Of a stretch of 64,000 nucleotides of DNA, positions 1 to 13,039 are shown piece after piece. Under the pieces are notes generated by a model. That model worked only from the letters and a program-made list of their open reading frames with translations. It was not told where the DNA came from and did no database searches. Source of the DNA: Octopus sinensis (lineage: Eukaryota); contig NC_043001.1 in assembly GCF_006345805.1 (NCBI RefSeq), positions 19,220,001-19,284,000 of the forward strand, read 5' to 3'. Numbering within the stretch: position 1 is the first letter of the stretch; each line of letters starts with the position of its first letter. The position numbers and the translations under genes are program-made.

Positions 1-216
1 CCGGTCATCGCAGGTGAGCCTCAAGATGCATGAAGAAAGAGTGAGAGAAAGTTGTGGCAAAAGAGTCAGCAGAAGTTCGCCATTACTTCTGCCGGAGATG
101 CGTGGAGCTTAGGAGTTTCGCTCATAAACACACACATCGCCCGGTCTGAGATTCGAACCCGCGATCCCTCGACCGCGAGTTCGCTGCTCTAACCACTAGA
201 CCATGTTCCTCCACGC
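1..216 (-). mobile_element. tRNA-derived SINE (family B), 5' part
   Basis: Reverse complement matches the tRNA-like head of the copy at 57808 (GCGTGGAGG..TGGTTAGAGCAGCGAACTCGCGGTCGAGGGATCGCGGGTTCGAATC, A and B boxes). Confidence 0.8.
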
Positions 217-926
217 TTATATAAATACGAGTCTTTTATTATTTGAAGCTAAGAGAAATAGAAGACTCGGTGAGCTGTGACTAGTTCAGGTACTGTGTCT
301 TGTTAATTAAATTTAATTGAGGCGTTTGCATTCCTGATATTTCATTGATTTGATTCGTATCCTTTTATTTTTTACTTGTTTCAGTCATTTTACTGCGGCC
401 ATTCTGGAGCACCGCAGTAAGGTTGGGTTTATGGCACTACTTAAATACAGAGGTCCCGCTGCATCGACGTAACGATGCTTTTACAGTGCACACTCGTTAG
501 GGTACGATAAGGGTCAGTTTCATGGTTATAGTCGAAGAAATTAACCCACCCCAGAAGTTAGTCTTTTTTAAATCTAGTACTCTCGTTATCGGGCTTTTTG
601 TGCCAAACCTCTAAGTTACGGGGACATAAACACACTAGCATCGGTTGTCAAGCGATGGCGAGGATACAAACACAGACACAAAGACACACTCACAACTCTA
701 CTATTTCCTTCTATTTAACTCTCGCATATCGTCTCTGATATCCTTTATATCCCTGAAACAACTGTAAGACTACCTTTCGCTTCATGAATGCTCTAGAAAT
801 TCCACACTGCCTTGGATTTGTCGTCTCATTTTATTTAACACACACACACACACATACACATACAGACAGACACGCGGACAGAGAGACAGACAGACTATAC
901 ACTCCTACAAATATTTCTATATACAA

Positions 927-1329
927 ACTAGCAGTATCGCCCGGCGTTGCTCGGGTTTGTAAGGGAATTAACTATATAAGCATTTTTAGAGAGTTACTTC
1001 CCTTATATAATAGCAAAAAAAATGCATTAAAAATGGAAAAAAATTATGGTAATTTTTTTTTTAAATCGTAGACTCATCGTAGACATTTTTAGAGAATTAC
1101 TTCCGTTATATAATAGCAAAAAATGCATTAAAAATGGAAAAAATTATGGTAAATTTTTTTTAAATCGTAGACACATTAAGACGCGCGCTAATACCCAGAA
1201 GGGCTCGATATGAATCACGACTATAAGATACCCGCTTTTGGTTAAACTGCACCGCAAAGTGTGGGAGTAGATAGGAATCTAAATCGTAGGAGACAGACAC
1301 CACACAACTTTTCTTTTATATATATAGAT
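927..1329 (+). mobile_element. Non-autonomous Helitron/Helentron-like (HINE/Lep1-type) element
   Basis: Starts ACTAGC..CCCGGCGTTGCTCGGG and ends GACAGACACCACACAACTTTTCTTTTATATATATAGAT; a related copy is at 5261-5588. Confidence 0.55.
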
Positions 1330-1812
1330 ATATGTTAATGCATATCTATATATTTTCATCTAAACATATAGATATGTATTGTATGTATTTAGAGGATTTG
1401 GTTAACAATCATGACGTACTGAGTTCGATTCCCAGACTGGACTGTGTGTTGTGTTCTTGAGCTTTACTTCATGTTGCTCCTGTTTGCTCAGCTGTAGAAA
1501 TGAGTTCGAATCTCACTGGTGCCAGGCTGTGTCACCCTTTGCCTTTCCCTTGGATAACACCCGTCGCATGGAGAGTTGCATGGGCAACTACAGGTCTTCA
1601 GGAAACAACCTTGCCCGGACTTGTGCCTCAGAGGGTAATTTCTAGGAGCAATCCCATGGCCATTTATGACCGAAAGGGGTCTCTACCCTTTATGTGCACA
1701 TATAGATATATAAGTGCACGGAAAGGTAAATATATTTTTTTAAATAGTTTACGTAGCTGGGTCAACCGGAGCATCAAGAAATGAAGTGTCTTGCTCAAGA
1801 ACACAACACACA

Positions 1813-1965
1813 GGAGTGGCTGTGTGGTAAGTAGCTTGCTTACCAGCTACATGGTTCCGGGCTCAGTCCCACTGCATGAAACCTTGGGCAAGTGTCTTCT
1901 ACCATAGCCTTGGGCCGACCGAAAATGAATGGATTTGGTAGACGGAAACTGAAAACAGCCCGTTG
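1813..1965 (+). mobile_element. tRNA-derived SINE (family A) head
   Basis: GGCTGTGTGGTAAGTAGCTTGCT...GGTTCCGGGCTCAGTCCC; the same sequence recurs more than 8 times in the window and runs into a (TATG)n tract. Confidence 0.8.
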
Positions 1966-2016
1966 TATGTATGTATGTATGTATGTATGTATGTATGTAT
2001 GTATGTACGTATGTAT

Positions 2017-2073
<57 letters not shown>

Positions 2074-2286
2074 AATCCAAACGGGAAAACAGAAAAAACA
2101 ACAACACGTGGAACAATTACAGTATTATTATTAATAGGCGCTCAGGAAAGATGGAAGCAGGAAGGTATGACGTTTCGAGCGGAGCTCTTCGTCGGAAACA
2201 TAAAGATGGAAGAGAGACGAAAGAAAGATCCCGAGGTGGGCAAACAGAGGGAGAAAAAAAAAACGACTGGTGTTTACGAAGTACAC

Positions 2287-2346
<60 letters not shown>

Positions 2347-2548
2347 CAGAAAATGGAGAAATACATCTAAATCATTAATCAACTATCAGATAATACCCAA
2401 TCACATACTTTATTGAACCACTACATAAGAACATTAAGGTTAAACAAAACAGTGTACATGAATGAGTAATACAATACAATAGGTATAATCATTACAAGAG
2501 GATATAAATAAATAAATATAAATAGATATAAATACAAATATACACTAT

Positions 2549-2679
2549 ATCTTACAGCTGTTTCGGCCATGCAGATAAATATGCCTCCTTTTACCCATAT
2601 TAGCCATGTATAGTATGCCAATATGGAGTTAAGAATGAGACATTTACAAATATATATATCTTAAGGCCTCTTCGGAGAT
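2549..2679 (-). ncRNA. Type I hammerhead ribozyme-like motif (U4C variant)
   Basis: Minus strand reads ATCT-CCGAAGA-GGCC..~95 nt..GGCC-GAAAC-AGCT-GTA-AGAT; stems I, II and III all pair. Confidence 0.55.
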
Positions 2680-2952
2680 TCTAAAGTATAAATATATATA
2701 TATACATATAGTTAATCCAAACATGAAAACACAAAGGGAAAACACAACAACGCGAGGACGTGGAACAAATATAGTATTATTGGACGCTCAGGAAGGAAGG
2801 GAAGAAGGAGGATTTAACGTTCCGAGCGGAGCTCTTCGTCAGAAACATAGGTAAAGGAAAGATCCAGAGAAGGGAAGGCGGTGGAAAAAAATCGCCAACG
2901 GTACACACACGGCCACATTTTGAATCTGAATATATATATATATACACACACA

Positions 2953-2983
<31 letters not shown>

Positions 2984-3139
2984 ATGTATGTGTATGTATG
3001 TATGTATGTTTGTGTGTCTATGCCCTCCCTTCATAGCTTGACAACCAATGGTGGAGTGTTTGCGGCCCCGTAACAAAGAGTGTGTTCTCAAGAAAAAGCC
3101 AGCAAACGCCAAAATGTAAAAAATAAGCCAGGCAAAAGA

Positions 3140-3345
3140 AAATGACCACTTGTAAAAAAAAGTGTCTGACCACAGATAACACAATGGTATGGTCTCTCCT
3201 TTGGATGGAAAAACGACAACTGACCGCTTCTAGAAAATGCTTTACAACAGATATCACAGTAGTATGGTCTTCCTGCTGTTTGAATATGTGTTGTGGATGA
3301 CAAATTGTCCTTAGTTGAAAAAGTTTCATCACAAGTTACACGAAC
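3140..3345 (-). pseudogene. Degenerate C2H2 zinc-finger array fragment
   Basis: Translations THIQTAGRPYYCDICCKAFS and KERPYHCVICGQ are decayed TGE(K/R)PYHC linkers with frameshifts. Confidence 0.7.
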
Positions 3346-3998
3346 CACTTTTGAGAAGGTAGAGGTTGCCTACTGCATGATATCAGCACAAATTCCATCT
3401 CACCCATACAAGCATGGAAAAGTAGACGTTCACAGCAGCCATATTCCTACCGCTCTATGTCACGCTGGTGAGACCCATATTGGAGTACGGGATTCAAGCC
3501 TCTTCTCCTTATCTCCTCAAAGACATATAGCATCTCGAAAGAGTCCAGAAGCTGGCTACCCGCATGGTTCTTGGTCTCAAGAATTTTTCTTATGAAGAAA
3601 GGCTGAAGACATTCGACCTTTATTCTCTAGAAAAACGACGACGCCATGGAGATCTCATTCTTGCTCACAACATCATAAGCGGAAAGTGTAACCTCTCGAA
3701 AGAGCTGTTCTTCATTCCTGCTCCAGAGCGTCGGCTGCGGGGTCATTCCGAAAAGCTCCATCTGCGACGATTTCATCTCAATCGAAGGAGAGGGGCTTTC
3801 TCCGTCCGGGTTGCGGATCCGTGGAATAAGCTGCCAGACGAGATGGTGAAGATGCCGACGACCGCTCGGTTCAAAGTCTCCCTTGACCTGAAGTGGCCTG
3901 AACTCTTTACATGAACACCACCCTGTACATAATTCCATGTCCCCCTACATGGCCTTGCTTTTTGCTTTTTGAGCCAAAAATTAACTAACTAACTAATA
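3330..3998 (+). mobile_element. CR1-clade LINE, 5'-truncated 3' end
   Basis: LYVTLVRPILEYG and YEERLKTFDLYSLEKRRRHGDLI..RGHSEKL..FSVRVADPWNKLP motifs; (CTAA)n tail. Confidence 0.85.
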
Positions 3999-5106
3999 AT
4001 GTTGGTGGGGTATTATTGAAAGGAGATTCGGCTGCTATTTTCATATTTTTAAACTCTTTTTATTTTTGCCTCCAGAGGACTTTTCTTATAAAGAGTATAA
4101 TTGTTTTAGAATTTAAGAAACAGCACATGAACCAAATAGGAAACTTCCGTGTTGTCTTCTGACCTTTTAGAGGGAGCAGGTCAGATTCCTCTCAAATCCC
4201 ATCCCATCTTCGTCATCATAATTATAATCATCATCAGTTTAACAAACTCTTTGCAATATTGGATTTCATATAAAGGATCTATGTAGAACTGAACCTGGTT
4301 ACATTTCATTCATATTTTTTTAGGGATTTTGATTTCATTAACTAAGGTGATTCATTTTTCATTCTTTTAAACTCCACTATTCCCCAATGGTTTACACCTG
4401 TATCCAATGATGCTCTATCTGAGATCACAGGAGATCGTAAGATGCTGATAGGTCTAATTTTGTTCCCAATACCAGCTTAGAGTAAGTTTCTAAACTTAGT
4501 TTATTTAACATGTACTTCGTATGAAAATGCGTAAAAATACGATCGCGAACACAAGCAGACGAACTGGAACTCTACCAAAGGATCTCTGGAGTAACGTTAC
4601 TCGACAGGGCATAACTCGGAGATCAGGAAGTTCCTCACGGTCGAATCACTACTTCACATTGAGAAGTCGCAGCCCTGGTACTACGGACATGCGATTAAAA
4701 TGTTACAGGAATGAATCGTAAGATGGGTTCTTTTAGTTGGATCAATCGGCAGGAGACAGGTGTAGACCAAGAATGAGATAGTTGGATAAGGTTCAAAGCC
4801 TCTGTTAGACACGTTTGAGAATCTAGCAGGAAAGTTTAATTATGGTTGTTTCTGACAGGACTCTATGGAGGAGATGTTCAAAGAGAGGAAGGCAGGCAGA
4901 AAGGAAGAGAAGAATGGACGGACGGATGTTTCCATGTAGTTTTCATCCTTTTATTAACCTGCATCGTTCATAATAGCATGTGAATATATATTTGATTTAA
5001 CGAAACAACATTGGTGAGATAACGAACATAACATACAATGACGTAGTTTTAATTCTTCCTATTTATTTCGTCTTCAATAATTATGAACAACATTCATAAT
5101 ATCATC

Positions 5107-6670
5107 TATTTGGTTGTCCGGAAAGTTCTGAGCGGTTTTAAACTAATTCTTTTAAGCCTTCCTAGAACACACCTTAAACGAAACAGTTAAAACTCTGGTG
5201 TTGCTTGAAGTGGAAGTGCATCTCTTCTTTGTTACTGACTAAGAATAGATTTATCTTTTCATTAGCAGCATCGTCCGGTGTTGCTCGGGTTTGTTTCGAC
5301 CCTTTAGAATTGGAATTTTTGAAAAGTAGCTTGTTATTCCCTTTAAGTGAACATTTTTCTGGTTGAAATACACCGAAAAATGGCAACACAGCAGTTAAAA
5401 AATCGTAAAAAATCGGGATTTTCATAGAAAAAAAAGCACCTTTTTGATATAAATAATTTTTGGTGTTAACGTGGTCCGATTTGAATTTTATCTCCTACGG
5501 AATGAAGAGCAAGCCATCTTATATCATACTCTCAATTTTGGTCAAACCTGCCACACACAGACAACTTCAGCTTTATATAGAGAGAGATTACGGCTATCCT
5601 TTATTGACATTTGAAATAGTTACGCGTTGTAATGCCTTTCTTTTTCAAAAAGCAGAAAATGTTGCAAACGCTTGCAAAAACATTTGTGAAGTTTATGGCA
5701 ATGATCCTGTATGTGAATCAACTGTTCGATGGAAGCTTGCAAAATTTTAAGCTGGAGAGTTTAGCTTGGAAGAGGACAAAATCAAATTTGGATGAAGATG
5801 TTTTGAAAGCAACAATCGAAGAAAAACTCAAATACCACGGCTAGAGAAGTTGCAGAGGAGTTGGAAGTTTCTAAAAGTACGGCTCATGAACACCTATTGA
5901 AGCTAGAATATATTTCTCGCTATAATGTATGGGTCCTTCGCCGACTCTCAGAAAATAATTACTTAGACCGGTATTCTATTTGTGACATCTTTTGAAACGG
6001 AATGAAAGCATACTATTTTTGAAACAAGTTGTGACTGAAAATGAAAAAGGGATTGTGTGGGGAAAAGATCCTGGAGTTTGTGTAAGGATTTCTCAAAACA
6101 GCAACCAAAGACGAATATCCATGCCAAAAAAGCTATGCTTTGTGTTTGGATGGAGCATAAAGGCATTATTTATAATGAGCTTCTCTCACAAAACCAGACC
6201 AATAATTCTAAAGTGTACTGTCGTCACGTGGCTAATTTCAAAACAAACAAATCAAAGAATTGAGGCTGAAGATCGCCAACAGGAAACGGGTAGTGTTCCA
6301 ACGAGACTATGCCCGACCACATGTGTCTTTCGCTACCCGAACAAAGTTACATGGACTTGGCTGGGATCTCTTACTCCATCCACCATATTCTCCTGATATT
6401 GTACAATCCAACTACTACTTGTTTTTGTTTCTACAGAACTTATTGCAAGGAAAAATATTTAACTATCCAGATGGAGTCAAAATGCATCTAGATTACTTTT
6501 TTTCATCAAACTTTATGCTGATGTAAATATTTCAATTGCCTGATAGATGGGCAAATGTCATTAATAAAAAGGAAAATTATTTCATTGAATGAAATTTATT
6601 GAAAGACCAATCATTTATATCACATTTTACGTATCAAATAACGTTCAGAACTTTCCGGACTACATAATAA
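5107..6670 (+). mobile_element. Degenerate mariner transposon with TIRs, carrying a nested Helitron-like insert at 5261-5588
   Basis: TIRs TATTTGGTTGTCCGGAAAGTTCTGA / TCAGAACTTTCCGGACTACATAATA; WVL(P)R, DYARPH and HPPYSPDIVQSNYYLF (YSPDLAPSDYHLF-type) motifs; frameshifted. Confidence 0.88.
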
Positions 6671-6679
6671 TATTTTCCA

Positions 6680-8400
6680 GAAGATTCCTAATGTCTGTGT
6701 GACTGGACGTTACAACTCAATGTCGACTCAACATAAACATGTTAAGTAAAAGAAAAGAAGGTGAGAAACTAATTTACTGAGCAGAGCGACATCGTTCTGT
6801 GTGTACTGCTCAGTGGCTCTTTAGTCTGAGGTTGAATTCGCCAACTTTTTATAAGCTTCACACAATCTACTTAGCGGAAAAAACTAGCACACTTCCAATG
6901 AAGTTCCTCGCATCGTCCATTATATGTCAATGAATTATGATCGGTTGAGTTATATTTGCATTGGTTCACAGCGACACATTGCTTTTTATGGCGGTATGGC
7001 AGATCGTGGTCCTGAGCCGGAATAATCAAAAAGTTATGGTTCAAAATTCAGCAGGAGACTCGAAACATTTCAGACTAGAGTGTGTAGAATTTTCCAGTCG
7101 GTTAGTGTGAATTTTGCAGCCGGCACTTATAAAAGAAGTGTCTCTAGATATTTAGGTAGCTGTCAGAACTTTTATAATTTTCTTGTGGTCTGCATCCTTC
7201 GAGAATTCTCGCTTAGGGAAAAAAGCGGATGCGAAGCAAAACATTTTTGTGAGTCCCTTCCTGGGCGATAGTTGATTTAAGTTGGGTGCGTAAGAACTTT
7301 TCTCCGCGAAGCTGCAGTCAGCTAAGGCTTCGTTGCTGTAATAGTCCACCTTATCAACGCTTTGTTTAAAGAATGGCAGGTTATCAATTCTTATCCTAAT
7401 ATTGTTTTCAAATTTTGGGACGAGGCCATTAATTTCGAACGGGTGGAGCAGGAACTTAATTCGATTACATCAACCTCAGTATTTAACTGGTACCTATTTT
7501 ATCGACACCAAAAGGATCAAAGGCTTAGCCGACCTCGGTGGAATTAGAACCCAGAACGTAAAGATGGACAAAATGCCGGTAGTAATTTGTTCGGTGCAGT
7601 AACGATTCTACTAGCTCGCTGCCTCCTTCAAATTTTAGCACAAGACCAGCAGTTTGTGGGGGCTAAGTCGATTGCATTGGACCGTAGTATTCAGCTGGTA
7701 CTTGCTTGGTCGACCTCTGGAGGGTGAAAGGCAAAGTCGACATGGGCAGAATTTGAACTCAAATCATTAAGGCAGACGAAATACCTATTTCTTTACTACC
7801 CACAAGGGGCTAAACACAGAGAGGACAAACAAGGACAGACAAACGGATTAAGTCGATTATATCGACCTCAGTGCGTAACTGGTACTTATTTAATCGACTC
7901 CGAAAGGATGAAAGGCAACGTCGACCTCGGCGGAATTTGAACTCAGAACGTAGCGACAGACGAAATACCGCTGAGTGTTTTGCCCGGTGTGCTAACTATT
8001 CAACCAACTCGCCGCTTTAAAATTCTTATCGTAACATTTGGGAATACAAGTGTTTGTTTATACACCTCGGTTTCTCACCACATTTATGCAATGGTTTGCC
8101 TGAATTGCTTAAACTGAATGGAGCATCAACGAAGTCTACGTTGATAATATTAGTAGCTGTGGTAATATTTTGTGGCTATGAGGTTCTTTCCGAACGTGGC
8201 TAGAGCATGAACGGGATTATGATGCGACAATTCTAAACTGTCGTCTCGATACAATCCATCTTACCCTCTATTAGGGGTCACTGCATATAGGCCGACTTGA
8301 TACCATTTGGCTGCGCTGTCGAGTGAACCCCCTAAATAACGCTTTGAAAGCGTTTCCTGTCTGAATGCAAAGCACGCAAGGCTTGCGTAAGCTATATTGA
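6680..8400 (-). mobile_element. Highly degenerate Penelope-like retroelement RT remnant, interrupted by SINEs at 7465-8015
   Basis: Minus-strand motifs GSLDSA..VGLY, GLYRDDSL (catalytic YRDD) and INVDFVDAPFSLSNSGKPLHKCGEKP. The paralog at ~38570-39340 lacks the 7104-8070 segment, with TCGGTT microhomology at the junction. Confidence 0.6.
7780..8015 (-). mobile_element. tRNA-derived SINE (family C); further fragments at 7465-7770
   Basis: Reverse complement of the complete copy at 57414-57640. Confidence 0.8.
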
Positions 8401-8621
8401 ATGAATGCAAAAACTACAAATTGGATTTTATAAAATTATTTTCCATGTTTAGGAGAGACAGGCATGGTATTGTTGTTGTTGCTGGTTGTGGTGGTAGTGG
8501 TGGCGGTGGCGGAGGGGGTTGGTGGGCTGCTGCTGCTGATTTTGTTTCTTTTGACGATGGTAGAAAAGTTGGACGACGGTGGCGGTGGTGGCGCTAGTGC
8601 TGTTGGTTGTTGTTGTTGTTG

Positions 8622-8809
8622 TTAAGCAACAAGACGGGTAAGGGTGATTAAGGTGATGGTCTAGGGTTTAGGGGCGGGAGACCCCAGACCTTGGAAAAAA
8701 AAAACTTTGGTCGTAGTCGAGGGCTCTTCGTTGACGCCCGGCACCATTGGGAGGTGGCCCTCGAATTTCCTGGAAATGGAGATCTCCAGGTCCAAATTCT
8801 TGAACGGCT
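8622..8809 (-). repeat. Unclassified ~190-bp structured repeat (copies at 10378-10573, 15170-15344, 39672-39859, 41332-41522, 50432-50625)
   Basis: Six copies with shared ends (TTAAGCAACAAGACGGG...TTCTTGAACG), each abutting a (GTT)n or (TTA)n tract. Confidence 0.85.
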
Positions 8810-9099
8810 AGTGCTGCTAGTGATTATGGTGGTGATGCTGCTGTCTTCTTCCAATCAGGACTCACGCCATTAGCCACAAAGAATAATCTCTAATTCGAGC
8901 CTACTCTAAGCTACTAAGAATGCGTGTGGCAACTTGAAGATCCACCCACCACACGTGATAGACTGGCGGTTGCACGGGTGCGAAAGCTACGTTGTTATCC
9001 TCATTCCGTAAAAGGTGGCTTTTAACGGGTGGAGAGCTGAACCATCAGACTAGGGTCTGAAAGTTTACCACACCATAGTGGGTTACACCATGGTTCCTC

Positions 9100-9302
9100 T
9101 GCTTTGTGGCAGAAGTAGGAAGAAAAAGTGAGAGAAAGTTGTGGTGAAAGAGTACAGTGAGGTTCACCACCCTCCCCGCCGGAGCCTCGTGGAGCTTAGG
9201 TGTTTTTTGCTCAATAAACACTCACAATGCCCGGTCTGGGAATCGAAACCGCGTTCTTACGACCGCGAGTCCGCTGCCCTAACCACGGGGCCATTGCGCC
9301 TC
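9100..9302 (-). mobile_element. tRNA-derived SINE (family B); paralog at ~40140-40352
   Basis: Reverse complement of the 57808 head. Confidence 0.8.
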
Positions 9303-9481
9303 CACTGATGCTGCTGTTATCGATGATGATGATGATGATGATGGAGGAGGGGGAAATGAAAGGTGGAATTAGTGATGTTTGTCGTGGATTATGGAAGGAG
9401 TATTGTGTAATGGTCGTCCAAGGTGATTCATGGCGTTCAGTTTTGTTATTGCGTATGAAATGCATGTTTGCGTATGACTGA

Positions 9482-9581
9482 ATGAGCGCCTCTTATAAAC
9501 TGTACTCTCTGGATGTTAAGCGAAGTGTTTTGTTTATCGTCTGGTTCTGTTATATTGTCATTTGCTCGTTTCATAGGAAGT
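9482..9581 (+). CDS. Candidate signal-peptide first exon of receptor gene A (tentative; paralog 40532-40631)
   Basis: ATG..MSASYKLYSLDVKRSVLFIVWFCYIVICSFHRK, then T|gtaaat, a phase-1 donor compatible with the phase-1 exon at 15430. The donor is only moderate and there is no independent support. Confidence 0.3.
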
Positions 9582-10211
9582 GTAAATAGAGGGGAATGTC
9601 AGGAAAAATACTAGGAAACTCGTGAGTAAATGATCAGAAGGGAGTAGTTAGAAACAAAAAACAGAGAGAGGGGGAGAGCGAGACAGATAGATAGAGAGAA
9701 ACAGTGAGAGAGGGAAACAAAGAGAGAGAGAGAGAGAGAATCCGGTGGGAATTTTTGCTGTATTAATTATTTCTCTCCTCATTCTTTCATTGTTTAGTTT
9801 GTTTCTGTTTGTGGAGGTTGTTCAACCACAGAAGAGGCTTAAAACATTTACAGTTAATATCTTGGCTAACTTTTCATTTTATTTCTATTTAATCCCGTTC
9901 AACCAAGGAACCATCAATTTGAAACTATTTCTTAATTTTCTTTTTCTTTCTTTTTCTACTTATTGAACTGAAAATGGGAAACGGTAAATATAATTTTCTA
10001 ATTTTTTAAGGGCTTTTTACCTGTTCGATTCCGTAAAATTTCCTGTTCGATTCCGTAAAATTTCTGATCGATCTTTAATTCGTTAGCATTGTCAAGCACT
10101 TTCCCACCTTTGTTGTTGTTGTTGTTTTTGTTGTTGTTGTTCTTCTTCTTATTATTATTATTATTATTATTCTTTTTCCTCCCCTCCTCCTCCTCCTCTT
10201 CTTCTTCTTCT

Positions 10212-10246
<35 letters not shown>

Positions 10247-10289
10247 TTCCTCTTCTTCTTCTTCTTCCTCTTCTTCTCCTTCCTCTTCT

Positions 10290-10321
<32 letters not shown>

Positions 10322-11184
10322 TTCTTCTTCTTCTTCTTCTTTTTCTTCTTCTTCTGCTGTTGCTGTTGTTGTCGTTATTAAGCAACAAGCCGGGTAAGGG
10401 TGATTAGTTGATGGTCTAGGGCTTAGGGGCGGGAAACCCCAGACCTTGGAAAAAAAAAAACTTAGGTCGTCTTGTTGTAGTCGAGGGCTCTTCGTTGACG
10501 CCCGACACCACTGGGATGTGACCCTCGAAGTTCCTGGAAATGGAGATATCCAGGTCCAAATTCTTGAACGGCTGTCGTCGTGGTTGCTTAAATGGATGGC
10601 TGAGTATAAATGGTGAAAAAGCTCAAAAGCAGAGTTAATGAGATTTCTATAACAAGTCTGACTCCCTTGAACACAGTTGAGCACTGACTTTCAAATCAGA
10701 GCCTTTCTTCGTTGTACCTTGAAGTGATATAATTTCTGAGATTTACTCAAAAACTGCATTCCACTCACCATATGAATAATGAAAGTCTATCGATGCCCCA
10801 ATTGTTTCACTTCTGGTCCCTGTATACGATGAACCCTTTTGTTACCATATTTCTGTTGAGATGCTCTGTGTTTCTTTCAATTAATTGCAAATATAACCCA
10901 GCTATCAGTAATCTAGTGTTTGAAACATAAATCGTGACTAAGGTTTGGTGGAAGATTTTAACTCAGAACTTTTGAAAACAAAACATTTCCACTACAGAGC
11001 CAGAGGCGGTCTCAGCTGGGTTGGTATCGAAAGGGTTACTGAACTGTTTTTGGTTTCTTAAAACTTTTTTGGCAGGTATGAGAGTTCATGAAAGTTATTG
11101 AATACACCTATGAACGAAATTCTGCCGTCGCGAACGAACGCTGATTCCTTTGGAATCTAGTTGCGATTTTCCCTTTTGACGGGC

Positions 11185-11500
11185 GTGGGCATGGCTTAGT
11201 GGTGAAGAAGCTCGCTTCGCAGCCACGTGGTTCCGGGGTTCAGACCCACGACACAGTGTCTTGGGCAAGTATCTTCTACTGTAGCTCCTGCTGATCAATG
11301 CCTTGTGGGAGAATTTGGTTGATGGAAACTGGATGGAAGCCTGTCGTGTGTGTGTCTTTGTGTTCGTCGCTCATCACCTCTTGATAACCGGCGTCTGTTC
11401 ATTTACATCTCAATAACTTAGCGATTCGGCAATAGTAACGAAATAAGATAAATACCAGACTTTAAAAAAAGGAGTATCGGGATTTCTTTGTTCGGCAAAA
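11185..11500 (+). mobile_element. SINE family A, diverged (paralog 42150-42520)
   Basis: tRNA-like head and family-A body. Confidence 0.7.
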
Positions 11501-11867
11501 ACGTATGAATATTAAATCGACCTCATAGTTTAACTAGTACTAAACTTTATTCACCCCGCAAGGGTAACTACTAAAGTTCACCTCGACGGATTTGAACTCA
11601 AAACATAAAGAAACGTGAGTAAATGCTGCTGGTCTTTGATCCAAAGCGTTCCACTCTCAGCCGTCCCTTCTTTTTTTAAGACCGTACGGTGTTATTTGCA
11701 AAAGGTTTGGCTGCTAGTTCTAGCAGATCGGACAACCACTTAGAAGCTTCTTTTCGTAGGTGTGCTTATCTGGTCATGTTCCCGATTATTTTCAAATATG
11801 TTTGGAGAGTCTACTCTCTCTCTCTCTCTCTTTTTCTCTCACACACTCTCTCTCACTCTTTCTCACA

Positions 11868-11937
<70 letters not shown>

Positions 11938-12029
11938 TGATGTTATTTATAACATTATCTCGAAGTTAATAAATTCTGATGACTTCAACAATGTGGTGCA
12001 TGTGTGTGTGTGTGTGTAAGTGTGTGTGT

Positions 12030-12072
<43 letters not shown>

Positions 12073-12224
12073 ATACACCAGAGGAAACAACTCGAGAGTT
12101 GTGTTCCGGAGTGTAGCAGTTTGTGTAAAGTAGCGATTGGAATTATAGGACTTATGACTAACAACAGACTCAACAGAGAAATGATAAGTCAGGGAAGAGC
12201 ATGTCCATTGTCCATTGTAGTAAG

Positions 12225-12465
12225 TAGCTTGCTTACGAACCACATGGTTCCGGGTTCAGTCCCACTGCGCGGCACCTTGGGCAAGTTTCTTCTACTATAG
12301 CCTCGAGCCGACCAAAACCTTCTGAGTGGATTTGGTAGACGGAAACTGAAAGAAGCCCGTCGTATATATGTATGTATATATGTGTGTGTGTATATGTTTA
12401 TGTGTCTGTTATTGTCCCCCCAACATCACTTGACAACCGATGCTAGTGTGTTTATGTCCCCGTAA
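12225..12465 (+). mobile_element. SINE family A, 3'-truncated in copy A (complete at 43925-44330)
   Basis: Breaks off at CCCCGTAA into (TG)n, whereas copy B continues through the full tail. Confidence 0.75.
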
Positions 12466-12512
12466 GTGTGTGTGTGTGTGTCTGTGTGTGTGTGTGCGCG
12501 CGCGTGTGTGTT

Positions 12513-12551
<39 letters not shown>

Positions 12552-13039
12552 ATGTATGTATGTATGTGTGTATGTGTGTATTGTATATCAAACCCAAGCT
12601 GTTATATTTAATTTGTTTATCCGCATAACTGCCTCCGTCTTATGCCCGTAATGAACCAAAGTGCTATATTGGAGACTGTTACCCTTTGTTCATGTGACCG
12701 GAACAGTCTAAAGAAAAAGGTCCCACTGCTTCTTGCAGTCGAACACCTTGTTCAGTCCTTCATCCTTTCACCCGTTTAATATTTTTATCCTCCATTTCTT
12801 TATTCCTTTTTCCCTACACCTCCTGCTCTCACTTTCTCCTTCTCTCAAAATCTCTTTCTCTCCCTCTCTCTTTCTCTCCCGCTCTCTTTCTCCCTTCTTA
12901 CTCAATACTTTTTGAACAGGATCTCCAAAGTGTCCTTCCCTAAGGTAATGGAAGTAACCCTTCGATTCTTGGTCATGCCGTCTACCTCATAATAATAGAA
13001 TTATATTTCTTTCTATAAAATAAGTTTTTTTCCTAAAGC

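Noticed and set aside
8095-8205. Hydrophobic plus-strand reading STLIILVAVVIFCGY as a signal peptide or TM exon
   Set aside because: It is antisense to Penelope RT motifs (GLYRDD, NVDFVD) and has no in-frame ATG or good phase-1 donor.
9578-9622. Alternative small exon with strong splice sites encoding MSGKILGNS
   Set aside because: It ends in phase 2 and I found no compatible hydrophobic exon linking it to the phase-1 ectodomain exon; unresolved without RNA data.
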